64,000 nt of DNA from Nageia nagi (taxonomy: Eukaryota > Plantae > Pinophyta), in NCBI GenBank assembly GCA_050084985.1, contig JBITNC010000001.1, forward strand, positions 180,172,001 through 180,236,000, given 5' to 3'. This document shows, piece after piece, positions 23,401 to 36,449 of this stretch. The position numbers and the translations under genes are program-made. The notes under the pieces are model-generated. The model was not told where the DNA came from, ran no database searches, and worked only from the letters and a program-made list of their open reading frames with translations. The first letter of the stretch is position 1. The number at the start of each line of letters is the position of its first letter.

Positions 23401-26400
23401 TACAATGTAAAACCTCAATATGTATGTAAGTCAAAATAGAAAGCATGACTAATAATTTCTCTTTTGTTTTGTCTAATGTGTAGTCTTCCAAAATGATTAG
23501 TACGAAAAAAATCTAAGAAATGTTAATGGAGTACACAAAGCAATTTCAAGATGAACCATGGATATCGGGAGGAGATTTAAATTCATCTTTAAACTTAGAA
23601 TATAAGTATGGAGGGAGGCCAAATTTGTCAAAAAGTATGGAAGGTTTGAGGACTTTCTTAGACAAGATGGGACTTGTTGACTTGAACTAAAACGAATCAA
23701 TTACACATGGTTCAATAGAAGATGTGGTAGAAACTTCATTCAAAGGAGATTGGATAGAATGCTTGTTTGAATGGATTGGTGGAGGAATATTATAACAACT
23801 ATCTTAGATCTTTGCCAAGAATAGCATCATATTATTTTCATTACTTCTAGATGTGAATCCACAAAAAAGAAATAAATCTCCTTTTAAATTTGAATTCATG
23901 TAAATGAAGCACCCATATTTTAAGAAAAAGTTGGAAGAATGGTGGAAAATAAAGATAAAAGGTTCAACAATGTTTAGACTCTTTAAAAAGTTAGGGGAAA
24001 TCAAAATAAAACTGAAGCAATGGAATAAAAGTGTTTTTCAAGATGTTAGAGTTATGAGAAAATTCATTGGAGGCAAAAATTAAGAGTAACATGGCTTCAA
24101 GAAGGGGATAAGAATACAAAATTCTTTAGATAAACAACCTTGAGGAGTATGAGTTTCAATAGAATCATTGCAATTAAGAAAGCAAATGGAAAGACTACAA
24201 CAAATATTCAAGAGATAAAGAACGAAGGAGAATCCTTTTATAAAAAGTTACTGACATCAGATCAAAGAGAAGATAAGAGAGCTATATCAAGGATTATGGA
24301 ATACATTCCTTAGATTATTAACCAAGAGATGAATGATGAATTACAAAAAAAGTTTATTAGAGAGAAAATTAAGAAAACAATTTTTAAAATGAACAAAAAT
24401 AAGGCTTCATATCTAGATGGATTCCAAGCAAGATTTTTTCAAACCAATTGGGAAGTGATGGGACAAGATGTGGAGGATGCAATTATGGAATTCATTAAGA
24501 ATAATTCACTATTAAAGGTGTGGAACATTGCCTTTCTAGTTTTAATACCAAAATATCAGGTAACAAAAGAATATAAGGACTAAATACCAATATGTCTTTG
24601 AAATGTAGTGTATAAGTTTATAACCAAAATTATGGCAAAAATACCAAAAAAAGATATTACTAGAATTAATCTTGTTCGAACAAGATGGGTTTGTATAGGG
24701 AAGATAAATAAAAGATGACATAATACTAGTGCATGAAATCTTACAATCCATCAACATAAAAAAAGAAGAAGCAATGATATTAAAATTAGATATGGAGAAA
24801 GCATATGATAGGGTATATTGGAATTTTATGAACCAAATAATTCAAAGCTTTGGATTCTAAAAGAAATGGAGGAGTTGGATTATGGAATGCTTCACCACTT
24901 CAAAAGTCTCAGTTATTATTAACAATGAGTCAAGAAGAGGCCTTAAACAAGGAGATCCAATATCCACATTATCTATTTATAATTATATCGGAAGCACAAG
25001 GAAGAGCCTTAAAACAAAGAGCAAGAGGAGGAAGCATATAAAAAATAATACTAGTAAGGAATTATGAGGCTACTACCCATCATTAATTTGTTGATGATAC
25101 AATCTTGACAAAATAAGTAAACTTGACTGAAGGAAGACATTTAAGGAGACTCTCAACCTATATGAAAAAGCCTCCCATTAAAAGGTATATCTTCAAAGGA
25201 TAAAGTTATGTTTCCTGAACTTTTTGTAAGAAAAATAAAAGAGGCTAATGAAAATATGGGGATGTAAGGTTGATCAACTACCAACAATATATCTAGGAAT
25301 GCCTTATTTATAAGAAGAAAAAAGATTAAGTTTTGGGATTTTGTAATAGAGAAAATTAATATTAAATTGGCAAGATGGAAAGGAAAAATGTTATGTAGGT
25401 AAACTTCTCATTAGACACACCCTAATAAGCATGCTAATTTCCAGTAGTTTGGTTTTCAAAATTCTTGTAGGAATATGCAAAAAGATAGATAATATGTGAG
25501 AGAATTGAACTACAACATAAACAACTCTAAACTCCTAAGATCACATGAAAGCTCATGATACATATCTTACAAACTCACAAAGCAATCTCACAAAGATAAC
25601 ACAAGATGTAAATAGTTCCTCTAACTAGGAGTACATCCACTAACTAGATATCATTTCATTCATAAACATGAATCTCTTACGATTCTCCTAACTCATCTGC
25701 TAAACACTATCCTATAGCAAGGCTTTACTCCACAAATTGATGTGTGATCTCAAAGAGGGAACCTTCTATTTATACGCCAAAATCCTTCTTTGGATCACTC
25801 TTTTATCCAATGTACAAAAGCATGACATACACATCCTTTTACCCAAGGGGCATGCTCATGACATGGAGTGTAGGACAAGTTACATTATCATATTCATTTA
25901 AATACTTAAGGTATCAAATGATACCCTTAAGTATTAGTGAACTTACATAGAAGATTATTATATAACCTTTACAATAATGCATTGTACATTCCAACACTCC
26001 CTCTTAATGTAATATTGGGATAGAGCGAATAAGAGAGAAGAAAGAAAGAAATTAAGAGAGTTCTCCTCCAAATAGATACAATGAAGATGAGAACTATTTA
26101 CATATTTGTGAAGTAAGAAAAATCTAGTTTGAGACTCACTACTTTGGCAAATACAATCATTAACCACAACTGGTTTCAATGTACATGAAGTAGTCATCCA
26201 ATTGGAAGTCATGAAGAGTCTCCAAGAGATTACATACATGAAGTAAGTAACCTACAATCTCAAAGGAACTTGCAAGTCATAATAGCTCAAGTAACAAGAT
26301 CAGTTAGATGCAACATATTCATATCAACAAGGATAGATGAATCACACAAATGCCATCATAAACTGATTAATGGTGCATTATAAATCATCAAGAAGATGCC

Positions 26401-29400
26401 AAGCCAAAACTCAATCACCTGCTGTATATAAAATATGTGTTGATTATCATTATAAAATAGAGCATGCACATACGAGTTCCTCACATATGGATAACTAAAT
26501 AGTGTCAAAAAATACAAAAATTTCTCACATGAATAACTAAACAGTGTTAGATTGGCGAATCTTTTTACTTTAAAAATTTGTACAATAAGTTCCTCACGCA
26601 AAGCGAACTTACCACAAAGGTGTACAACAAAATCAACATTATATAATACAAAATCCTCCTAGGGGTGAAGTAGTCATCACAAACATGAATTCAAACTTTA
26701 CTCCCCCTTGAGGGCAACTTCACCAACCTGATAACATCCTTAAGCTTACAAAAATGAGTTTCTAGGAGGGACTTGGTGAATAAATCAACAAAGTTCAAGG
26801 TGGATGGATAATACTCTAGGTGTATGATGCCATCAAGAACCTTCTCTTTGATAAAATGGGTATGGATTTTTACATGTTTTATTCTCTGATGGAACATAAG
26901 ATTCTTAGCCAAAGAAATAGCTGACTGATTATTTGAAAAAATCAAAGATGAGCCACCTTGCTCATATCCAATTTCTTTCAGAAGATGTCTTAGCCAAATG
27001 GCTTTTTGGGTTGCAATAGACACGACACAGTATTCAGCTTCTATGGTGCAAAGAGAAATAGTAGGCTGCTTTTTGGAAGCCCAAGAGATAGCACCTGAAC
27101 CAATGCTAAACACATATGCAAAGGTTGATTTCCTATCATCTCTATCTCCTCCATAATCAAAATCTAAGAATCCAAAGAGAACAAATGAGGGTAACTTAGA
27201 ATACTTGAGAGCAAGATCCTTAGTCCTTGCAACATAGCTCAAAATTTGCTTAATAGCATTGAGGTGCTCAACATATGGTTTCTGCTTGAATCATGCCATC
27301 AGATTCACTACAAAGGTAATATCTGGCTTGGATATAGTCAAATACAAAATACTACCAATTAATTACTTGTAAGTTGTAGCATCAACTAATTGAGAGTTGG
27401 AGCTTAGAGAAATAATGATTCTAGAAGAAACTGGGATCGCAACATATCTACACTCTTCAATTCCAAATTTTTGCAAGATGTCTGATATATATTTAGATTG
27501 ATTGAGATAAGTACAATCCTTGTATTGATACCAACATTACCTTAAGTATGGATATGTACTCTTGAATGATTTCTTCATTATTTTCAGTTATTTCAAATAT
27601 TACCTTAAGTTTGGATATGCACTCTTGAATGATTTCTTCATTATTCTCAGTTATCAGAAGATCATCCACATAAAGGAGAATCAAGACCACATCTTTTCTC
27701 TGATTGAGCACATATAGATTAGAGTTAGAAAAACACTTGGAGAAACCAATGTCTGCAAAATACCTTGAAATCTTCTTGTACCAGGTTTTAGATGCTTATT
27801 TAAATCCATATAATGACTCCTTTAGCATGCATACAAAGGACTTTTTATCTTCCACAATGAACCCTTCTAGTTGATTTATGAAGATTTTCACATCTAAGTC
27901 ACCATTGAGAAATGCACTCTTAACATCAAATTGAAAAACTTTCCATCTATGAATTGTAGAAAGAATAAGGATAATTCTCACAGTAGGCATCTTTGCCACA
28001 GGAGCAAAGGTTTCCTCATAATCTACATCATATTTCTAAGCAAAAACTTTGGCTACTAATCTTATCTTGTATTTCTCAATATCTCCAACAGAATTGAACT
28101 TGACCTTGTAGACCCACTTATTGCCAATCATATTCTTCTTATTGGGATAAGAAACTAAATCTCAAGTTTCATTTTTCATAAACGTCTTATACTCTACTTT
28201 CATGGCTTCCATCCAACATTCGTGCTTAAAAGCTTCTTTGAAGGTTAAGGGCTCATGCTTGTCAATCTTGGTAAATAAGAATTTGTTTAAGGTTATGCTT
28301 CTTGTTACCCTTTGAGTTGGAGAGTTTTGTTCTTGAGGTGACTTGTCTATATCAAAATCTAACTAACTAGGTGCAACTAAAGAGTCCTTTGGATCATCAA
28401 CATCCTCATTAGAAGTAAATTCTTTAGGAAGATCATTGAATTTTACATCCTTTGAAACAAACATGGCTTTATAGGCTAGAGAGTAGAGCTTGTAACCTCT
28501 ATGTTGACTGTTATAACCAACAAAGATGCATTTTTTAGCCTTTTTATCTAACTTTTTCATTTTCTCATAAACAATGTAGGAGAATGCTTCACAACCAAAC
28601 ACCTTAAGGTGAAAAATGTTAGGTTTTCTTTTTAACCATGCCTCAAAAGGAGTTTTACCCTAAATGATTTTTATGGGACACCTATTTCAGATGTAAATAA
28701 CAGTGCTTACTGTTTCACCCCACAAAAAACTAGGAAGATTACCCAACATGCATCTAACCATTTCCATAATTATTCTATTTTTCCTTTTGGTAACACCATT
28801 CTACTGAGGAGTGTAAAGAATCATAAATTAACTCTTGATTTTATACTTAGCACAATAGTCATTGAACTAATTGTTGTTATATTCTTCCCCATTATCTAAT
28901 CTCAACATCTTAATTTTAAGGTTAATTTGATTCTCAATAAAAGCTTTTAAAATTTTAAAAATCTCAAAGGTTTGATCTTTGTGCTCAAGTAGATATTAAA
29001 AGGTCATTCTACTAAAATCATCAATGAAGTTCAAGACGTAAGATGCTCTTCCATGCGACTTAGTCTGAAATGGATCCATTAAATTTGAATGCATAAGTTG
29101 TAAAGGTTGAGATGCTCTTGTTGCCTTATCTTTTTCAAACTTTTATCTATGCATCTTGCAAGAATGCACTTCTCGCATAGACCAATTGAAGAAGAAAATG
29201 AAGGCAATCCTTCCACAAGTTTTTGGTCTTTCATGATTTGAATACTCTTGTAGTTAAGGTGCCCTAAACATTGGTGCCAAAGATTACTTTAGAACACACA
29301 CTTGTAGCAAAACATATCTTTGATGGAACTTGATCCATAATGTAAAGATCATCTTTCACTGATCTTTTAACCAAAGTGGCAAGTCCTTTCTTAATGTACC

Positions 29401-29443
29401 AGGATTGAGATTCGAACTCAAATGAGTACCCTTTTCTAGCAAC

Positions 29444-30487
29444 TTAGATCATAGAGAGAAGGTTCATCCTTAACTTAAGCATATAGAGAACATTTTCAAA
29501 AACTTTCTTGTGAATCAATACACTTTTAATGCCTTGGATTTCAAGGGTAGAGATATCACTTATCACAACTGCATATTTTTTATACTTGTGAAAGTTCTCA
29601 AACTTTTCATTTTCAAAGCAAAGGTGATTAGTGTAACCAAATTCAACAATCCAATCAGATAAAAAAGAGCAAGACATGGAGTAAAAAGCTACAAAACTAG
29701 CTTGAACATTCTTCTTTTCTTTGAAATTTTTTATATTACGATTACCTTGATTCTTTTTTTCTTTTTTCTTTTTGTAGCAATCAACTTCTTTGTAACCTTG
29801 GATGCCATAATAGTTATAATTACCATCAGATTTTTTGTTAGAATATGGATTGTTTGATTTACCTTTTCCATCTCTTTGGTTGAAATGGTTGTTGTTGTCA
29901 TTGTTCTTGCTACTATTGTTATTGTTCCCATTGTTACCGTTGTTGCCATTACCTTTTTTTTCAATCCTTTTGGAGGAAGAAGGATAAGATTTCTTTTGAT
30001 GGTTGAACTTCATTTTGAAATGAGTTTTGGTTGTTCTAAGAGTAATGTTATTATTTTTAAGAGAAAAAATGAACACCTTTTTGTTAAAGGTTTTTTTATA
30101 CTTCAAAAGGAGCTTAAAAAGGTTTTTAAGGGAGAAGACTTCTTCTTCATCATCAAGCTTTGTTTTTATAACCATCACAAAATTTTCAAATTTTAAAGAA
30201 AGGCTTTGAAGAATTATGAAGACCATGAACTCATCATTGATCCAATTGCATCCACAAGCAACAAGTTGGGTCATTAGGTTAATGATTTTGTTTAAGTAGA
30301 TTGCAACATTTTCATCTTCCCTTTGATGAGATTGAAGCAACTTTTGGAGAATGATAAACTTTCTTGAAAACTTTAACCTAAGATAGATTTGTTTAAGCTT
30401 ATCCCAAGCTTCTTTTATCAAGGTTGAAGAGGAAATCATCAGGAATACATCATCTAAAACTGCACGGAAGATCATGAAGGTTGCCAA
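29444..30487 (-). pseudogene. Copia Gag-protease remnant
   Basis: 347-aa ORF with UBN2-like Gag, Asn-rich spacer, decayed zinc knuckle YNYYGIQGYKEVDC and decayed protease WIVEFGYTNH. Confidence 0.85.
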
Positions 30488-31544
30488 CTCATTCTTTGTG
30501 TTATAAGCCTATAGTGCCTTCTCATCTGTAGGAGGTACAAGGTTTTTTTTTACTATTTGCCAAAGCTTTTTTACCTACAATTTAGCTCTCGTTTGAGGTT
30601 CCCAAATCCCATAATTCAAACCATCAACAATGTGTTTGGGTAAAAAGGAGTCTCTCATTTGCTACATAAGAATGTGAAAAATAATAAGCATGTGGTTCAA
30701 TAAACAACATTATATGTTAAATTTTAACCAAGTAAATAATACATGTTAATTTTAACACTAGTGACATGCTTGATTTGATTTACAAGTGCAAATGTTTTAC
30801 AACTCAAATAATAACCAATGTATCCAAATACATTTCTCATCTCAAGAACCATAGATTTGGAGTGACATTGTTGAGATTTATTTTCTTATCTAAAATTAAG
30901 CCTTCACTTAGATGCCCATACAAGAGGAGCCCAAGTACTACCAATTCTCAATTAGTTTGCCTTGGTCAGTATTATACTCTCATAAGGAGGAGTACCTACT
31001 ATTTTGAAAGTTATGATGTTTATTGGATTGGCCAAATTATTAATCTTGATTAGGTTTTAAGTTATCCTCTTAGGTTATCAGAATAATCCCTAAATGGATG
31101 TGTGGATATGTGATATCACTACACATATACCTGTCCACCTATTGGACTTATGTCTAGACCAATAGAGGATTTAGGGGCAATTGAAAAGTACAAATGTTTC
31201 ACCATTTGGATCATCAGACTTAAAAGTTTTAGTTCGTCTATCTTCACCTCATGGGTCCCCAAACAAGTCATGTTGTGGAATGTACATGTGGATTTGTTCA
31301 TTTTAGGGGGTTGCTCATATCAACGTTTGTGTTTTTGTTTGCATAATCAAATAAATCAAAGTGTGAAACATGAAATAAAAGAACATAAGTAAAAATAACA
31401 TCCATTCAAAATTTGAAACCTAAGTGTCCAATGGGTTTTGTTTACCAACCCCTAAAGGACATCTTTACATCAATCCTAATTTTGCATAAGTCTATTCTTA
31501 TATAAGGAAGTAAATTTCATTATAACTTAAGTTTTTAATTAATA

Positions 31545-31725
31545 AACATGTATTATTGACTTAAAAAATCTAAGTCCTAAGCATGGACTATTAATTTAAA
31601 ATATTTAAGTCCTAGACATGTACCATGAACTTGAAATATTTAAGTTCTAGGCATTTAACTTAAAAAATTAAGTAAAAAACATGCATCACTTAAAAAATTT
31701 AAGTCCTATGCATGTACCATTAACT
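31545..31725. repeat. ~34-bp tandem repeats in the Copia 5' leader
   Basis: TT(A/G)AAA(A/T)AT(C/T)TAAGT(C/T)CTA..CAT repeated about 4-5 times. Confidence 0.7.
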
Positions 31726-32850
31726 TATATTGCATTTATCTATCACTTTCCAAAAACAATACTTAGCATGTATAAAAAAAATTAAGAATCATGCATTATC
31801 ACTTTTGCATAAGTTACCAAAAAAATAGATATGCAATATTTTATATGATATGCTATAAACAATTAAGAAATATAAATTCCCCCTTTTACTTAAAAAATGG
31901 CATTTAAAAAAAATAGCATTATCCCCTTTTTCATATAAAACCTTTTTTTTTTTATTGCCATACTTAAAAAAAAATTACTCCTAGGTATTGAAAAAAAAAT
32001 TCCATTTTTAAGTAAAAAAAATCTCTCTTAGTACTTCAAAATAGCACTATGTTAGTCAACAAAGGATATAGTGTTAAAATTTTATTTCCTTTAGCAATTA
32101 TATTTTAAACACTTAGGAAATAATTTTCTTTAAGACTAACCACATAAGAGAAATGATGACATGTTATTAATGCAATTTTGTCCTTATAAGGTAATTTTAA
32201 ATGCACTTTTGGCAAGTAGAAAGGAAAACGTATAAGCAACCATAAAATAAATAAAATGATAGTTTTATGGGCAAAAAGGTTTTCAAACATTTATTGAAGG
32301 AGAGGAGACAATTTTCCCTTAAGTAGAAGATTAAGAAAAAAGAAGGGAGGTACGAGATGGTGGAAGCAGAGACCAAGAGACCAGAAGGAGGCTTGGAGAT
32401 GGTGGCGATAAGACAGAAGGAGGACCACACACGCAGAGCCCACATTAAACCCTACCCTTCTCTCTTCCATGGTAGCGGATTAAAATGTAGCTGCAGATTG
32501 AAGGAGAGAAAGGAAAAAAATAAGTAGCCATGTGAAGAAGCAGCCATGTGGGGAATCAGCAGGGTTGCAATCGCGAGGAGAAGCAGCTACGAGGAGAAGG
32601 ATTAGAGGAGGCAAAGCAACATGCAGGCCACCAAAGGAGATGGCGTGGGTGTTAAGAGAGGTTGATGAAGGCTTGGTGAGGGCTTGGCAGGAGAAGGAGA
32701 AAGCCAGTCTCAATAAAAAATGTCAATTTATTTATTGAATACACTTTGGTTCTGAAAAAAAAACTTAACCCAAAAAAAAAAGCTACGCAAGAGCCAAATT
32801 TGGGAGACAGGGAAGACAAGTAAAAGTTTTAAAATTGTATTAAAAGATTG

Positions 32851-32874
32851 TATATATATATATATATATATATA
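32851..32874. repeat. (TA)12 microsatellite
   Basis: Seen directly; at the homologous position to the (TA)20 at 44010. Confidence 0.95.
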
Positions 32875-35800
32875 CTATTTTATTTCTGTGTATAGATTTT
32901 AATATTTGAAAAAGTAAAAATTCCTTATCCCAAATGATATTCTCCACCCTCACCTTTTTAATATTAACTTTCATTATATTTTACACTACCATTTGTGTAA
33001 AAGAAACGTTCTATTGTTTATTTAAGCAAAGAATTGCATTTAAAATAGTGTTAGTAATAGCAATAATGTGTAAATTTTTTTTGAAAAATAATGCCCTCCA
33101 TTTTTATTTGTATACTAACCCCCCCTCCCTCATCTTTTTTTTTTAAACATTGTAGCAATTAAAAAATTACAAGTAACATAGGAGGTTAGCATAAACAATT
33201 TTTTTTGCAATTTTGTTAGCCATATCATGCTCAAAAGAACTAACACATAGAAAATAGTATGTTAGTAGCATGATGCAAAAAAAAGTAACCAAGAGAGAAG
33301 GAATTTATACCTTCTCTTAGTTTTACCTCATCAATGAAGGAATGAGGTGTAGAATGAATGAAGATCATCAAGTTGTAGAAGAAAAGCTTCAACACCATGC
33401 TTTGATACCATATGAGAGAATTGAACTATAACATGAACAACTCTAAACTTCTAAGATCACATGAAAGCTCACAATACACATTTAACAAACTTACAAAGCA
33501 ATCTCACAAAGATAACACAATATATAAGTGGTTCCTCCAACTAGAAGTACATCCACTTACTAGATCTCACTTCATTCACAAACATGAATCCCTTACAATT
33601 CTCATAACTTATCTCTTAAACACTATTCTATAGTAAGGCTTTTCTCTACAAATTGGTATGTGATCTCAAAGAGGGAGTATTCTATTTATAGGCCAAAATC
33701 CCTCTTTGGATCACCCTTTTATCCAATGTACAAAAGCATGACATACACATCCTTTTACCCAAGGGGCATGCTCATGAAATGGAGTGTAGGACAAATTACA
33801 TTATCATATTCATTTAAATACTTAAGGTATCAAATGATACCTTTAAGTATTAGTGAACTTATATAGAATATTATCACATAACCTTTACAATAATGCATTA
33901 TACATTCCAACAATATGTGGTAGGTTTCTTTGGGTAGGAAGTGAAGAAAAGAGGAAGTTAGCTCTGATTTCTTTGAACAAATATGTAGGAAAAAGAGTTT
34001 GGAGGGTTTTTATTTGAGAAAAATAAAGCATTTTAGTGAAGCTCTAAGAGGAAAAGTAGGATGGAGATTAGCATTTGGAAGATGATAAGGAATGGATGAA
34101 AGTGTGCAAAGAAAAATATCTTTAAAATCATAATTATTTTAAAAGAATATAAAATCCTCCTTATGGATCCCCTTTTTGGAGTGACTTGGTCAAAATGAAA
34201 TCTATACTCACAAAACACACTACATGGGAATTGAGAAACGAAGAAAATATCTTCTTTTGGGAAGATGTTCCATTGAGAGATAAACCATCAATTGAGTATA
34301 AAAGATTTGAAAAAGTAGCATAATGAAAAAAAAAGAAAATCAGGGTCATGGATGATCCTAATCCTAAGTAAACGATTATCAAACTTACCTTGGTCCATTT
34401 AGCTATCTTAAAGTTGTTCCTATATTCTATTGTTTATTTTTGAAGCTAAAAATATTCTTGATTTAGTTTGATGATACCTTTTACAATATTTATTGATGCT
34501 TTTTACAATTTTGAGAAGAATGAAAATTTCTCTCTTTTTTTTTTTATAGAAAATTTCCCAAATTTTGATAATGGTGATCTTATTTTATTGTAAAAGATAA
34601 TAAATCATCTTATTTTTGGCTCAAACTAACATGAAACTAAAACTGCTTGATGAGATGAAACTATTGCATTAATACTTATTCTATGTTTATATATTTTTTT
34701 ATTTTCTATTGATTTATATATGAAACCTCTTGAGATGCTTAACATTCATAAGTTTTTTTTCTCTTATGCATCCATTATGGTAAATTTGTATGCCCTAAAT
34801 CTATATTTCCCAAATACAACATAAGACATAAGCTAATTTACTTTAAAATTACCCTTAAGTTTCTTGTTTTCATTTATCTTTTCCTAATTTTCCATGAGGA
34901 CCAAATCATCAACTTAGAACTCCTTGGGTTGATTTTATTGTTATATATTTTCTTAACTATATTTTGATATACCTTTAGTTTATTGTATTGATTATTCTCT
35001 CATCAATTTACTATAGTTGTTGCAACCTTTTTTCTTATTTGCTCATGTAGAGTGATACCTCAGAGACTAGAGTGAAACTCTTAATCATGGGATCTCTATC
35101 TTTAGTTGTATAACAACTTCATCACCGTATACTAATGATAATGGAGTTGCTCTAATAGAATTCCATATACTAGTCCTATATGCCCATAGTGGATAAGGAA
35201 GCTGATTATGCTAATCCTTTATACGATTTGTAACTATTTTAGAAAGGATGCCAATAATTTTTAATTTTTTCTTAGACATTACATTGAGGGTAGTAAGGTA
35301 AATGAACACCTTATGGATAAATGAAAGTTATTTTTAGGAGCATATTAGATATGCACATGAATTATGTAATTTTTATTGTCAATGTTATGATACTAAAATG
35401 ATGCAAATGTATTAGAAAGGGAAAGTATACACTTGTTTGTGTGTATTGATATTTTTAAATGATTATAGATTATAATTCTTAATTATAAATATTTTGTATC
35501 TTTTGACTTAATGGATTAATTATCATAATTGCTTATTAATAATTAAATACAATGAAAGGATTAAAAGTAAGGTAATTAAGGATAAATATCATATGGTTAA
35601 TTGTTTGGAATGTGTTTAAGATTAGTTCTATCCTATCCTTCAAACCTTAACTGCACTTATACCTACTTCTTTTGTAGATTGGTAGAAACTAAAGGATTGG
35701 TGATATGTTGCATGTGATATCGATTAAGCAGGTATAATGGTAATGTAGTGGCCTCTTTCATGAGATATGGGTAGGAAAGTGTAACAAACATCATTATCAT

Positions 35801-36449
35801 GAGAGGTGTTAATGGTATTTATCTTTTATCTCATGATGAAATAGAAATATAAAATAAATAATATAACAAGGCATCACACTAATGACATGTCTAAATTGTT
35901 ATGTAGTGTTAAAGAAAAAGCATATCACCCTTAGGTAATATATGTCGTAGCAACAATTCAACCTACATTATGGTTAAATTATCTACAAGTGTTGTGCTAG
36001 GAAATTGGAGAACCATAGTTGGTGTCTCTCTTAATAGTGGGGTTAAGAGAGGGAACCCCATTAATATTGTTATGCAAAAGTTGATTACTTCAACCCACTT
36101 GAGTGTTGATTACAATAATATAATACTCAAAAGTGAATATGCATTTATTGCCTATGATATAAATTACAGAGTGATGTTATAGGTAACCCATAATAGTAGT
36201 ATAGTAGAAAATGTGTATTGTAAAAATAAAAATGTATGATTTCTAAGGGTAGAAATAATGGGTCATTGTATTTTACTATTTGGAAAATAATTGTAAAAAT
36301 ATGAAACTTTAGAATTAGGATAAAAAGAAAACTCTTTTCTCATGCCTCGTAACACTAGTGACTCTCCATGGCTATGAAGTCAATAGTGGAAGCATTTCCC
36401 TAGAAACATAGTATAAAATTGAGCAAATTTAAAAATAATTCATTGTTTA

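Larger units (their letters stand above)
25497..33912 (-). mobile_element. Full-length decayed Ty1/copia LTR retrotransposon
   Basis: 500-bp LTRs at 25497-25996 and 33413-33912 (TG..CA), TSD ATATG, iMet PBS TGGTATCAAAGC at 33410-33399, PPT next to 25996. Gag-PR (29444-30487), IN (28360-29300), RT LYVDDLL, RNase H 26691-27242. Confidence 0.95.
21500..34370 (+). mobile_element. L1 LINE (decayed ORF1 and ORF2), split by the Copia at 25497-33912
   Basis: ORF1 DUF4283-like remnants (21800-22350). ORF2 ATG at 23164 (MKILCWNIRG). RT motifs KLDMEKAYDRV, GLKQGDP and FVDDT. Resumes after the Copia with ICGRFLWVGSEEKRK and FWEDV. Confidence 0.9.

Noticed and set aside
34380-36400. Possible solo LTR between the two L1s
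   Set aside because: LTR-like composition, but no termini, TSD or second copy could be fixed.
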